Counted from the first letter of the stretch, positions 26,022-39,800 are shown. The stretch: DNA of 64,000 nt from Vicugna vicugna (GCA_013265495.1 MU058584.1:2079599-2143598); one strand, 5' to 3'. Numbers and translations: made by a program. The notes: a model not told the origin generated them from the letters alone.

Positions 26022-28400
26022 AATATTTTTTGAATTGAAATACTGTTCTAGTTGCTTACCCATAAAGGAGGAAAATCCATTCATTAACATCTATTGAGTA
26101 TTGCTACCAAAGAGAGGGCTCAAAAGTCCCTGCCCTTGAGGAATTTATGGTCCACTGGGAATACATACATCTTGATAGATACACTGGACTCTAGCTTGAT
26201 AAGTGCTGTGTGATAGAGGCATGAATGTTTTACTTTCTGTGAAATGAGTTATAAGATTGCTTAAAATACACTTTCAATACAGCTAGCTTCTCCCTTTGGA
26301 GTTTGAGGTTTGGCTCCGGAAGCCAGGAGGGGAGAGAAAAGACTGGAATGAGGAGGGCATCTGAGAGAGGCAAAGGCCATTGTTCTGCAGATTTGCATTT
26401 TCACTTCCTTTCTCTTTTAGGAGGCGAAGGTCCTATTCCTCGGCTAACTAACCCAACCACCCAGACCCTGGCTCTCAGGGGTGTTGGGGTGCTGGGACCT
26501 AAGGGAGGTAGGGAACGTGGTCCCCTCTTTTGGCCTCTTCCTGACTTGACTTGGTGGCCCCAAAAGGGAGACTGTTTCCATTTCCCGGTGCAGTTACTAC
26601 CACCATTCCTGTAATGACTTATAGAGACCACTGGGTCCGAAGACCAGGAAGGTCGAGTGATCCCTGGGACATACTTGTAAAATAAAGAGTGAAAAGAGCA
26701 GATGACTGCCTATTTCCCAGTTTCGTTACTTTTCAGTTATTCCATTACTAAGCCAATCAGAGAATTTTTAATCTTCATATTTCCCTTTCTCCCTCTTCTC
26801 CTTTCTTCCTTCCTTCTATTTAAAAAATATTTACCTGGGATTTATTTCTAAGCTAGGCACAATGGGAAATGCAAGATAGGACCTGGTCCTCAATTGCTTA
26901 CCGTTGGGATTTAGAAGAGAGGTCTACAGGGCAGCTAGGGATCGAGGCTTGCAAGGGACCTAAGTTCAGCACAGCCCTTAACCCTCTGTGTGCTCGCAAA
27001 AAAGGTTTCCAGAAAGATGGTTGCCGTTTTTTCCTGAGATTGTAAGCTTCTTCCCGCTTCGGGTGGTGTGCCATGCTTTATTCACCTCTGTGTGCCTAGC
27101 ACAGTGCTTGGTATATATGTGATGCTCAGTACGTGTTGAAGAAAGGAAGGAAAAAAGGAGTCATGGATGATTCATCTAAATCTGAACTGAACTTATTTAA
27201 TTTTCAGAAATTTGTCTTAAGAGATCAGTTCCCAAATTAGTACTGTCTGCTGTGAGCATACTAGTATTCGAACCTTAGGGGTGTACTTCTGTGATGTGTC
27301 AAAGAATAAGATGGGATGGAAATGCCTCTTAGATCTACTGGGTCACTCCTGTAAAGGCGTCCAAACCCTGTGCTCCGAGAGAAAGGTTTCTGGTTAGAAT
27401 CAACCTGATACTGAAAAGGGGAGAGTTCTTGAATGACTCCTTTGAGTCTGGGTTTTCTGAGTGATGATCTTGGACTTGGGGTTCTGAAGGATGCTCAGGG
27501 TATTGTGGGGTCGATGCGGGGCCCGGCAGGGAAGAGTGTGCAAGAGAGGACACCTGAGAACCGTGTCAAGACAAGTGATAATCAGACTGAGGAAGCCGGC
27601 TAGACACAACCTTCCAGAAGAAGAGGCGGAGGTGGGAGGGGCAGCTGCTCCAACTAGCTCCTGGCTCGGGTTCCCGTACCTTCCTTTTATTCCCGTCCTC
27701 AAACTGTCCTGTCTTTTCCTATCTGCGAAGCCTCCTCTTCTCTTTACCCTCTCCCCAAAGTTTTGTCACCTTTCTCTTGGCTCGTGCTTTTTGCCCAGTT
27801 CTCCTCCCATCAGATCCATCGGAATGCTGGAAAAGGACGCCTCCATTAAACAATAATAATAGTAATAAATACAAATAAACCCAAGAAGTTGAAAGTGTGA
27901 TTTTTCTTAAAAAAATAGGAAAGTGGTTGTAGACCCTGGGGCAGGGGGAGTAACTGAGTAAGAGGCTCTCGGGGCACACGCTTTACACGCCTCCCCGCAC
28001 CGTGTCCAGTGCGAGCCCGTGTAATTTAAACCTGTCCGTGGTGGGGGGGTAAAGGAAGAATGGCCCCCTCTCCCTCTCGCCGGTCCCCTCCCTGCGTGAA
28101 AATTCCTAGTCGGAGTCTGCGATGTCTCAAACTGGGCTGTCACTGTGCAGGGTCCCTCCCTGGGGATATCCTTCTGCCAATCCCAGCGCAGTTCACATGT
28201 TTCTGAGTGAGAAGTCGCTCACTTTCCCTCCATATTTGCCTTCTCAGGAGCCCCGCTCCACGTAGGGTCCTGCGTTTGCTTTGGTGGCTTTGCTGTTTAG
28301 GCTTCTCCTGCCAGGAGTGGAGGTGTTGGTCTTAGACAGGGACTCACAGCGTGGGCTTTGAGGATCAGTACGTTGAAATAAAAATGTTGCGAGGATGTCC

Positions 28401-28424
28401 CTTGGCTTGGCTTGGCTTGGCTTG
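28401..28424. repeat. (CTTGG)n pentanucleotide repeat, ~4.8 units
   Basis: CTTGGCTTGGCTTGGCTTGGCTTG read directly. Confidence 0.9.
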
Positions 28425-31400
28425 AACTGCCCTGAAATCAGTTCCTTTCTCTGCGTCTCTTCTGTGGCTGTCCTGTCTTTCTCAGCAGACCTTTAAACTA
28501 TCTGTTCAAGGTTTCTTATCTACGTTCTTCTCAGATGCCAAGACTCTCATCCTAAGTTGGGTGTCGTGGCAGCTTGTAACCATGGACGTCTAGCTGAGAA
28601 ACGTTCAGCATTTTGGTTTGTAAACTTTTTTCTTTGCATCCTGTGCTCAGGTGTCATTTTTCCTTCAATATGAACCCCTTTCCTTTGTGTTAGTCATGAA
28701 TAAAATAAATTGTAATGTAAGGTCTCACCCCTTTTCTCTACCATCCCTTGAATAAACAGTGCTTACGGACATTGATTCATTCCTTCAAGTATTCAACAAA
28801 TGGCATTGTCCTGGAGGACTGAGTAAAAGAGAGAAAGCCACCTGGGAACCAGGCAGTGTAACTGTGCTGTACACACAAAAGATATGTGCTTGACTCACAG
28901 CCTTGGAAATTAGAGCACTTTTTGGTATGTTGAAAGAACCAGAAATATAGGTGATCACTCTCCATAATCCTGCTGGCAAATCCATGCGTCAATCCAAATA
29001 GGAAAATGCACCCAGCATCTACTGCATATGTTTAGTGGTTTACACTGGTGGGGTGTGTTCAGCAAAATAGGAATAAGAAGAGCAAAGGGTGTCATCTGCA
29101 GAAGATACATGTGCGTCTGTTTCATTGCTGGCGTAGAGATGTTGCTTGTGGTGAAGATGCTGTAATTAGCCCTATTGCAAGAATAAGCATCAAACACGGC
29201 ACGAGGCACGTGATCACTGTTCAGAAACGTGTGTTTCCCCCTCTTTGTTTCCAAACCCAGCTGGAAACACCCAAGCCCATTTGGAGCAGTATGATGCAGG
29301 GGAACAGTTATTGGCCTCTTCTACTGCTGAGTAGATGGGTGACAAGGGACCTGCCACTCGGGTCAACTTCCTCACCTGTAAGGTGGGCACTATTACAACC
29401 TTAGCCGGGTCCTGTCCTCCTCCAGGGTGCTCATGGCTCTCCAGTGAGATAAGAGTGTAAAATGCTTTGTAAATTATAAAGCACCACCCAACTTGAAGAT
29501 TTTTTTTTTTTCTAACCTATACTGTCACCACTGCTTACAAAATCGAAGCAAGAGGGAGAACTCAGAGATTGGCAGGCAGGTGGAGGGCTGATTTAGAACA
29601 TGGCATAGATTTAGAAATCTTGTTGAACACAGAACTGGTGGAGCATGCAGTGGATATGGAGCTTGAGGCCCCAAGAGAGTTGAACAGAGAGGTGTGATGG
29701 AGAGTTTGCTGATGGCGCGTTGCGACCGTTACCCACGGAGGGAACTTGTGGAGGTTACCTGTCCACAGAGAGCACAGCGGCAACAGTGCACCAGGATTTT
29801 GTACAGAGAATGAAGCTTTAGTGTCGAGCTCACAAGCCCTTAAACCTCACAGCCGAGGATGGGGCGCAGGACGATGTACACAAGGCGGGTATAACAGCAG
29901 GTGTGTGTGTTGTTTATCTGTGTGCCTATTTCACATTCCCCGGTTTCACACACGAGGCTGTGGGATGCTACAACTACTGCTGTGTCTTCAGGTAGGGTGG
30001 ACCCGTGTCTTTCACTTTGTGTGGCTGTGTTCCTGAAAAGTGTGTGGGTCCAGTTTTGACGACAGCATCCTTTATCTGAATACACACCTTAGCTTCACGG
30101 AAGCAAATGTGTATGGTGGAAAGAACACTGGATGGGGCTGTTATAGAGAGCGGGGGCTTGGGTAAATTGCTTGTACTCTGAGGGGTCTTGGCCGCCTCAT
30201 TGTTTAGTGAAGGGATTCGATTTGAATGAATTCTTTTGTAGGGCAAAGAGCCCTTTTTGTGATGTGCATACTCACATCACGCAGTTTTTTCTGCCTTTTC
30301 TGGTTGTTAGTTGCTAATCTTCGTCCAATTTTCTCAGAGCAGGGACATCATACACAATTATTCGACGTGTGGAGTTTATTTTCCTGTTCATAGGAGTGTA
30401 AAATGAGAGGTTTTCAATACACGGCTTCCCTGACTGACTCCAGCTTCTCAGAAGATTAATGAATGGTCATCTCGTTGGTCCGTCTATCCACCTTTCTTCA
30501 TCACAGAGTTTTTTTGTGTGTGTGCGTGTGAAGTCGAGGCACAGACACAAAGTTCCGATTTGCAGCTGTCGGGCACTTCGGGGAAACAGCCGCACATACA
30601 GCACCCCTGGAGGTGTTCTCTAGAGAAGTGGAGAGAGAAGGGCCAGATGTTGAAGCAGTCTGCCCCCTCTCTCCCCAAACCGCCTCTCACCCCCTTTCTA
30701 GCCCTGAAGTGTGACTCTCCACCCAGGCACTTAAGCCCACTTTTTATATGCAGATGGAGACGGGAAGGAGCCCTGGGGGTGCAGGGAGGCTGTGTCCTCT
30801 CTCATCTCTGCCTCCTGGGATGGGCAGCTCATTTATGGGGGAATTGAAATCCAGAGTCTGAGGCAAAGACCAAAGGACAGAGGCCAGACCAAAAGTGACT
30901 GCGTGATGGCAGGCGGGCACACAGTGACTGAATGAAGCAGGGATACCATCCCTGGGAGCTGAAAAGCCTCACGTCCAGATGTGGTCAGGGAGGTTCCCAG
31001 AATGAAAGGCTGTCTGATGAGTGAGATACACATGCCTGTAGAGCACGATAGAAAAATCAATAGTAAGTGGAGGTGAAAGAGTTTTAGCCGGGTTTTATTG
31101 AGCCCAGGGAAGACAAACTGGCTTTACAGTGGTTCCAGCTCTATGTTAATGGTGCTTAAAAAAATAAATAAATAAAACAAAAAGCAAAAAACTCCAGTGC
31201 AGGGTAGGGGGAAAAGTGACAGAAGAGAAGTTACCAGCCCGGACATGCAAGGACACACACACACACCCAGAGGAGGAAGAAGAGAATCAGCCCAGGACTA
31301 CACATTTTTGGGGTTTCTGCCTGCAGATGGTGAAGTGTGCTAGCTATCATTTTACACTCGTGTCGTGGACTTTTTCAGATAGCACAAAGTTTGAGCTGTC

Positions 31401-31728
31401 TTTTCCCATCCCTGGTTCCTTCTTTCTTCACTTTCTACAAGTCTACTGTGGCTTTATTAGGAATTCCTTTTGGTTTGGGGGAAAAAAAAATAGAGGGAGA
31501 AAGAGAGACAGGCTGGAGGGGGAAGAAACAAAACTAGCTCTTGGCTGGCAGCCCACAGCCTGGGCTCAACAGCCGCGTCTGAGCGCGAGCGCGGGTGCCC
31601 TGGACTTCTGTTTTCTTAAGCACACCCCCCCTTACCCCGATGGTGCCCCCCTTTTTCCTAAGGGGGCCAAGGGAGGCTGTTTCTACCCTCCTAATCTTTT
31701 TTTTCCCCTTTCTGTTGTTTAAAGAGAA

Positions 31729-31798
31729 TCTTTCTCTTTCCTTTTCTTTTCTTTTTCTTTTCTCTCTTTCTCTCTCTCTCTTTCTCTCTTTCTCTCTT

Positions 31799-31834
<36 letters not shown>

Positions 31835-31888
31835 TCTCTTCCTCTCTTCCTCCCTTTCTTTCTTTCTTTCCTTTCTTTCTTTCTTTTT
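31729..31888. repeat. 160-nt pure polypyrimidine tract ((CT)n/(CTTT)n compound)
   Basis: Only C and T on the + strand across the interval. Confidence 0.95.
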
Positions 31889-33565
31889 GAGGCTCGAGCC
31901 CAGAGAGCAGTGAATTTCTCCTTGCTGGCCTCTCCTCTTCTCCCCAGCCCCCTCCCCGATGAAGAGTTCATCCAAAGTTCGCATCTAGACTCTGAACAAA
32001 GTGGCCCAGACCTTTTCCTGACTCCTCACCCTTTGTCCTCATCACTCAGTGACAGACAGGAATCAAATGCTGGGGACCCAGCCGGGAGAGGGGCTGTGGG
32101 GGAGGGGAGGGAAAGGGGAAGCCGGCCCATTAACTCGCCCAAGCCCTGAACCACCCCCCGGGGAGGAGGCTGGCGGCCCCAGAAAGGAGTTTTGTTTAAA
32201 TTTCCCCAGGCACACACTGAGCCTTCCCAAGTTGTTTGCAGACCATTTCATCTGGTTTCTGTTTGAGGAGAGGAGAGAATGGGATGGTCCGTAAGGGGAC
32301 AGGGCGGGAAGGGGGGCGTGGGGGGAGGTGAGGAGAAGGGACCGGAAAAAGATATGGGGGTGCTTTTTCCTGAAGCTGGAAGCATCGAAGCCTTCTGATT
32401 CTACAGTGAGAAAACACATTCTCTGGGAGTTCAGGGTTCACCTTTTGGAGGTAGGTTACACTTTTCAGGACACCAGAGGACCATAGAGCAAATTACTTCT
32501 TCCAGAGTGCTAAATGATCCCCTGGTGCCCTGGAAAGAACCCGTTTACCTCCAAAAGGTGAGTTGTTTATTGCTGGAGAGTAGAATATTGGCTGTAACGC
32601 CAGCTCATCCATCCTCTCACATCCCTGCGAGGTATTTAGAGTGGAGGTGATATTATCCACCTGTCACTGCGGGAAGGGGGCTGACGAATGCCTTTCTGAT
32701 TCCTGTTCTTGGGTATTGGATTGTGGAGGAGGGGGGGAAAGTGACTTCTCCAAGGTCTTAGAGTGCGTGAGCCCCACTGGGTGAGATGGAATTAGACTCC
32801 TGTCCCTGTTGCGATGTCCTTGTTCCTCAGGGAATAAGCATGTTAACTCTGGCATGGAGACTCATGGAGAAAGGCTGATGGGAGAGATACCTCGGCCCCC
32901 TCTAACTGGGAGGGGAGGGGCCAAAAAGGAGAATGCTTCCATGATTGTCCCGAACTCATTAGGGTTCCTTAGGGCCCTGGGGATCCGGGTTGGCTCACCC
33001 GGACTGTTGGCCTCATGCCTTCCTGCCTGAGGTTCCCAGTGGCCACCACCGCCTGTACCTCTGAGGTCAGGTATACTGTGGAGTTCAGGTAAACAAGCGG
33101 TGGGGGTAAGGGTATGGGGCTCTGAAAATGAGGCCTGCATTGGCGAGGAGGAAGTTAAATTGCGAGGTGCCATTTTTGGTGAGCCTTAATGGGGAGGACA
33201 ACAGTGTGAAACCCTGCTTGGCATTGCGAAGATCTGTTGCCTTTTGCTCTCCTCAGTCCTCAGAATCAGAGTCAACTCTGACTCCTGAAAGTAGATGCTG
33301 TCTCTTGGCCCTTCACTGTCTGGATGAGGCAGGGAACTGCGGGGAGGTGCCGAGATGAGCCCACATGACTCTGTGGTAATGGGTGAACATACTTGAAAAA
33401 CAGGGTAACCACAAATGAAGGGAAGTGGAAATTCCTTCTGTTGGGGTGAACAGGGAATTGACGTTTGGGTTCTGTTTCTCCTTCTGACGGTGGATTTGTT
33501 ATAATAAACCATAAACCAAGTAAAGTGTAAGATAGACTCTTGGCAGGGATGTTGAGGTTTGGGGG

Positions 33566-33649
33566 TATTAAAAACTTCAAATGCACGATGGTACTTCTAG
33601 CATTTATTATTAAAAACTTGGAATGCACGACGGTACTTCTAACATTTTT
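33566..33649 (+). repeat. Two-copy tandem duplication, 42-bp period
   Basis: TATTAAAAACTTCAAATGCACGATGGTACTTCTAGCATTT (33566-33605) vs TATTAAAAACTTGGAATGCACGACGGTACTTCTAACATTT (33608-33647), 36/40 identical. Confidence 0.9.
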
Positions 33650-33795
33650 ATGCGCCCCTCATTGTGCAAAGCATTTCTGTTCATGCGGGTTATCTCATTT
33701 TAAAGTACTCCACAATCCTTTGCGGTGGAAATTGATATTAGTTAACAAGTGAGGAAATTGAGGCACAGGGTGATTAAAAATAACTTGTCTAAGAT
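33650..33795 (-). mobile_element. MIR relic (approximate)
   Basis: TTATCTCATTT...CACAATCCT...ACAAGTGAGGAAATTGAGGCACAG...TAACTTGTCTAAG. Confidence 0.7.
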
Positions 33796-35516
33796 TAGTT
33801 TGGTGAAGAGTTGTGTGCATTATCACGGAAATGCAGTGCATTTCCAGTGATTGTTTTTTCTTTCTTCTTCATAATAGCTTTGTTCACAAAGAGTTTTGGA
33901 ATCAAGGGGACTACCTTATTCATTAGGATCCTGGATAACTTGGATTCTGATTCATTTCAGGCTTACATTGAGTGAAAACTTACCTCTTCCTCGATTAACG
34001 AAGAGGGGTGCTTTCTAACCGTATTATTGCATAAATAGTGTTCACAGGAATATTTATCCTGCGTACAAGAATCAACTTTCCGAAGATTTAGCAGCAGCAT
34101 TTGCATACAATAAATGTTTTAATTACTGATGGTTCTTGCCAATTAATTAAAAAGTATGTCTGTCGTGGCAGTGCTTTCTTGGCATCATTTTTATGGACAA
34201 AGAGCTCGTGTGCATATTTAAAACATACAATGACATTTCTTTTCAACGTTTCCTAACCCAGACTTTTTTGTGGCGGAACATCCTTTTAGCAGACGGGGGC
34301 AGGTTTTCCTAGTCTACAAGCAGAGGAATGGGAAGATCCACGCCCTGCCCTGGGCCTGAGAGGGACTTGGGGGTAGGGTCTGCGTTCCCTGGTGCTCCTG
34401 CATTTCCTTGGATTCTTGTTTTCTCGTGAGCCTGTAAAGACCGTTTGCAAAGTTGGGGCCCTCTGCGAACAGGGGTGCTTGCCGCTGCAGTGAGATGCAG
34501 TCTAGACTTTCCACCTCCCCTGTGGCACTTTTGGCAAGTTGACAGGTATAATTGATGAGTTATTCTAAGAATGTGATTCCTGAGTAACTCTAGAGTGAAG
34601 TGACTGTGTTTCTGAGTAGTTAAATGAGTTAAATGAAGGGGGGTGATGGGGAGGAGGGTCTTTGTTCAAGCTGAGTTGTGTTCTAAGACTGTGGTTCTGA
34701 GTGAGGTCAGCGGGGCGTCCGGGCACAAGGGGTCCTCTCAGGGCTCATGGTTTCCGTGTGCGAGTCAATGAGGCTTTTCCAGTTCATCCCCATGTGTATC
34801 CTACAAACGCTTCACTCTGACTTGTAAACATACACGCCACCCTTCTCAGCTGAGGTGACAGAAGCTCCCCAAGTCGCTTTCATTGCTTCCGCTTTGTCTC
34901 GTTGCTGACTGCCCACAGTTCTGATCGTCTCTGTCTTGGCCATTTAATTCTCAAGTGTTTGCAAAGTTGATGGCCTGTTGAGGAAGGAAAGGAGAAGCCA
35001 AGGCCATGGTTATAATCATCGATTCTCACTGCCATTGAGGACGAGCAATGTCTGAGGGCGCCGGAGCTGGCCCCAGAGGCTTTGGGGTTGGGGCTAGTCT
35101 GCTTCAGAGGAGAAGAAAGGGAGTGGCCTTGCTGGGATTGGCGTGGCACTTCCACGCAGTAAGTTGGGAGATGGTGCAGGATCTCTGGCCACAGGTGAGC
35201 AGCCAGGTGTCAGAGCTTTGAATTCTGCCCCTCAGGGACCCCTGTCCTTCCCGCCATACCAGCCTCCCTCCTGAGCGCAGTCTGCTCCTCCCTGCAGCAC
35301 GCCCCCCCGCCACCCTCTCCTTCCCCCTGGCCTTGCTGAGGACAAAGACTCTGCCTAGGTTGTCTTATGAGCTCTCACTTACAGTAGGTTCTTTTTACCT
35401 CTCTTGGCACCCTGGGAACTTGTACCTTCCCAGCTTTCACAGCACACAACCCTTACATTCTCTTCAACTCCAACCTACCTATTGACACATCCAGACACAA
35501 GTATCTTATTAGCTTC

Positions 35517-35615
35517 TTTTTTTTTTTTTTTTAAATGAAGGTAGTGGGGATTGAACCCATGACCTCTTGCATGCTAAGCATGCACTCTACCCCTCGGCTA
35601 GTTCCATCCCCGCAC
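35517..35615 (-). mobile_element. tRNA-Ala-derived SINE (vic-1-like)
   Basis: Poly-T then GGTAGTGGGGATTGAACCCATGACCTCTTGCATGCTAAGCATGCACTCTACC; flanking TT(A/G)TTAGCTT repeats. Confidence 0.88.
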
Positions 35616-36569
35616 CTTTGTTAGCTTTTGAGCGTGGGTGGGTTGCTGTCGTAGTAAGCACTTCTATTTTCCAAATGGCAGGTGGCCCCCAGACTCTGGG
35701 GCTACTTGGGAAGAATTAAGCTGCTCCCTTAAAGGTTAGAAATGCTAAGCCTGCCCCATATTTTCTCCCCCTTTTCCTCCTGGTGGGAAGACTTAATCAG
35801 GTAGAGAGCCACGGGTGTGAATTTCAGCTTCCGTGGTTACCAGCTGCATGACCCACGGCAAGTGACTTAACTTCTGTTTTTGGGGGTTTTTTTCAATCTG
35901 TAAAAATGTGAGTATTTGGCTTACCTCTAAAAGTTGTTGGGAGGGCTAAAAAAAATAGTGAAATAATAGTCACTAACTTACGGAAATACGGATTTTTTTT
36001 TTTTTTTTTTTTTTTGCTTTCTAGCTTTTATTAGGTCAAAAATACCCTCCCGTCCCCTGTGTAGTGTGAGCGCTCTGGGCTCTGGGGACAAGGTGATTTT
36101 CGCACCGAAAGCCGACACTCACTGTTATGTCCCAGGTTCTCCGCTGGCTCTGCGGGACGGTCCTGGGTCTCACTTGATCTGGAGAGGGTTGTCCCCCACC
36201 CCCGCCGTTCTCTCAGGGTTCATTGAAGTTAGGCTGATGTCTCTTCCTCTGAAAGAGTCTAACTTTCCCCCACTTTATCCTTCTTTTACGCCTGTCATTC
36301 CAGGTTGCTGGAAGTAATAGCACAGTGTGATAGTTATAATAACATAATTTGCATAGCCCTTTCTTAATTTCAGATCACTTTTCCGCTTCCTACAACATCA
36401 AAGGTGGCATTATCCCCATTTTAGAGGTAAGGAAATTGAGTCTCTGTAAGGAAAAAAGATTTACTTTGCGTTCTGCTAATAACTTGGCTGGGGGCAAGTG
36501 GCTCAGAAGCACAAAATGAAGCAGAGAATGTTAAAGCTTCAGGAGACTTTAGGGATCATCTAGTCCCAC

Positions 36570-36850
36570 ACCGAGGAAAAGATATTTAAATAGAAAATTT
36601 TGGGTTTGCAAGTACTGTGTTAAAAAAGCAAAAAAGAAACAGTTGACATTAATTTTAAAAAGTATATCCCAATATAGCTAAAATGTTATTTCAACATGTG
36701 ATCAACGTAACGAGGATTAATGAGATATTTTGCCTTCTTTTTTTGGTGCTGTCTTTAGAAGTGTGTATTACACTCTTACAGCACATGGCAGGTTTGCCAC
36801 ATTTCACGTGCTCTGTGGCCACATGTGGCTAATCTTACTGGACAGCACAC
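36570..36850 (+). mobile_element. Second MER33-like hAT MITE, inserted within an antisense MIR (~36523-36920)
   Basis: Colinear with 17755-18065 (ATTAATTTT, TATTTCAACA, TGAGATATTTT, GGCCACATGTGGCTA, TGGACAGCAC); MIR-like GGGATCATCTAGTCC on the left and TACAGATTAGGACACTGAGGCTCAGA on the right. Confidence 0.7.
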
Positions 36851-39800
36851 ATCTCGTCTAACTGTTTAATTGTACAGATTAGGACACTGAGGCTCAGAAT
36901 TAATGATTAACTAGTAAGTGGCAAAAATAAAACAAGTCTCCCTTCAGAGCTCTTTTTAGCTCTACTGTCTGCACTTAACTGTCTTCAACATGAAGACTGA
37001 AGCCCCGGCTTCTGCTATAATTTGATGTCTTCTCTCTTCGACTCTGTAGTTTGGGTTTGGAGGAGGCTCCCACTGCTAACAGGCTAAGGCCATGCCATGC
37101 TTGTCCCCAAAGTAACACGGTAGTCTTTCCAGTAGCAGAGAGACCATGTCCCTGCTCGAGGGGAAGTGGGGATGCGTGGGAATTTATGCCTGGAAGACTT
37201 CTTCTCAGTGGAATAGGGTCAAAGCTGCTCAGAAACTCCCCTTGCTCAACCCAATAAACTTGGACGTGATTATCCTTAAAAAAAAAAAAATCCCTGGAAA
37301 TCTAAGCAGCCCCCCTGGCAAATGGCACCAGTGAACCCAATGGGCAGTGCCAGACCAACAGAGCAGTTTTCAGCAGTGGCCCCACGGTGGCAAGCTGGCT
37401 GTAAAGCCGTTGAGGGTGGCATGAGTGATGTCTCTCCAAGCTAAGACTGAGCAGCCTTAATGGAAGACAAGGTCAGTTACCTGCCTGGATGACGACTTTG
37501 GGAGCCTTTTTTTTTTAAAGGGGAAGAGGAGCCATGTATTAATCACCGCTTTTGGCATGTTATGTATGATTCATTTGCTCACTGTCACCACCCAGCTCAG
37601 CTTCACGTTTAGCAGGTGATCTCCAGACCGATATGATCATTGTATATTCACTGGCTCCCGGAAACAGCCAGTGGGGACGCTTATTTATGGTGATGGTGGT
37701 TATGGTTATGATTATTGACAGCCACGATTATAAACATCGTTATTATTTAGTGTTAATCAACAGTGCTATGAAAGGTGCTCTAAAGAACACAGAATTAGAC
37801 CCTGTCCTTGCAAATGGGCTCGTAAGAAAAAAATGACAGAAGGAGACACCCAGCCTGGGCTCGCAAGTTAAAATACATTTTAGGGAAATACCGCTGACAG
37901 AATAGCTCCAGAGGTTATAATTTTTAGGGCTTTGGTGGGGTCCAGTATGGCACCCTGAACGCCAATTAGAGAGAAAGTAGAATTTCCCAGCAAAAGAAAG
38001 TCAGCTGTTTCAGCCCAGTTTTACTGTTCGACTGAGTTATAAGGAACAAGTACAAGGGAAAAGTTAGATATATGTTTTGTGTCATCGACATGCAGGTTCA
38101 TTTTTATGATCTATCTTTACTGTGGACTATTTGCATTTTTTAATGACTTTGAATATCACCAGAGTCATTATGCACCTGCCCATGACGTGGGAGAAACTTG
38201 GATCTAGAGGAAAGAGGACTTGGTGGTGGGACAGAAGCTTCTGGTCCATTTATCTTGATTTTAGATACAGCAGTTAACTTTTCAGCTTCAGTTTCCTTAT
38301 GTATAAAAACAGGGAAGCTACTAACTACATGATAGTGTCTTGAGAATTCAAGTGTTATTATTTCTGCCTTTATTATTCAACCTTAATTTTGTTTCCCACC
38401 CCTAACTTATGAGCTTTTTAAAATTCTTATGTTGATCCATATCTCTAAGATAATAATAATTAAAAAAAAACTTATCTAGGAGGAATGTGGGGCTCAGAGA
38501 TGTTTAGTATCTTCGGTAAAGCCACACAGGAAATAAGTGGCAAGGCTGGGATGGGACACTGGGTCTCCTGACTTGGGTCAGTAACTTGTTTTCAGCTATG
38601 TTCCTTGCAGTCCTGGGAGTTCAAGGAAGGCACACTCCAGGACCCACCCAGTCTTTGAGATAGGAGTTCTTGGTGGCCTTTGTTTTGTTTTATAAATTGC
38701 TCAACAGAGTAACATTGCTTGTTTATTGCCATTGAAACCTTTGAAAACACAGCACCAAGTCATGTTGCTTTTGCGTACAACTGGTTATCTTGCTCCTGTA
38801 TCTGAGGTGAGTCTACATGATCCCCAGAGGCCTGCTAGGAAGAACCTCCCCTCTTCCTGTCTTTTGTGGAAAGAACAAGAGTTGACCGTTATCTTCGAGG
38901 ATGGTCATCTCCTTCAGAGGTGGACAGAGCCATCCAAGGCTGCTAGTTGGAAATTACAACCTAATTCCTTAAAGGGGTGGAACAATCTTGATTCGTTAGA
39001 ATGACAGGATCATATTGGAGCTGTTTTTGGAGGTGGGGGGGTGGTACACAGAGATCATTGTCTACCATACTTCCAAATTTGTTGGCCCATGAGCACGAAT
39101 TTCCCAACTGTTCATATGGCCTTAAGAGGACCATTCCACCCATTTGTATGTCCCCAGCTGTGATGATTCTAAAGTTGTGGACTTGATGCCAAGATCTGTT
39201 GTGTACTTTTTCCTCCACAAATTCCTTAAGTTTCTTCTACATCTTAGGACTTTATGTGGCTTTTGTTTTGGGGTCCTGTGGCCATGTGACACCTCACGAG
39301 AGTTTGTAGCTAATAACTCTGGGCCCTCAAGAAGCCTTGACCTTTGAAGAAATTGATCTGAATTGTGGCCATACCTTTCTGGAGGGTTCCCAGTTCCTGG
39401 GCTTCTGGTTTTTGTTTCTTTGTTTAACGTGACTATGAAAACGAGAATATATTTCCTTTTTTTTCTCCATTTTTCCTTTTCCCCTTCTTTTTTCCTCCTT
39501 TTCTATGTGGTGGTAGAGCCCAGAGGTGGGGAATGACAGACTGGAGTTAGGTGGGGACAAAGGCACATGGTGGAGGATGTAAGCAATTGCTTTCCATCGT
39601 CCGTGGCTTCTTTGGGCATGTCTCCCCTCCAGCCCACACACGTGCCTACCATCCACTCTTAGAACTAGAAGAGTCTTCTGTTGGAGGTGAAATAGTTTAA
39701 TTCCAGAGTTTTCTTATGAGCAGACTCGTGCCAAGTGATCTCTATAGCTGGATGACCGGAGCTCTCGGTGTGTGATAAAGCCCTTGGAGATCCTGATCAT

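Noticed and set aside
31534..32149. Arg/Glu/Lys-rich and Ser/Leu/Phe-rich ORFs
   Set aside because: Translations of the CT-rich microsatellite.
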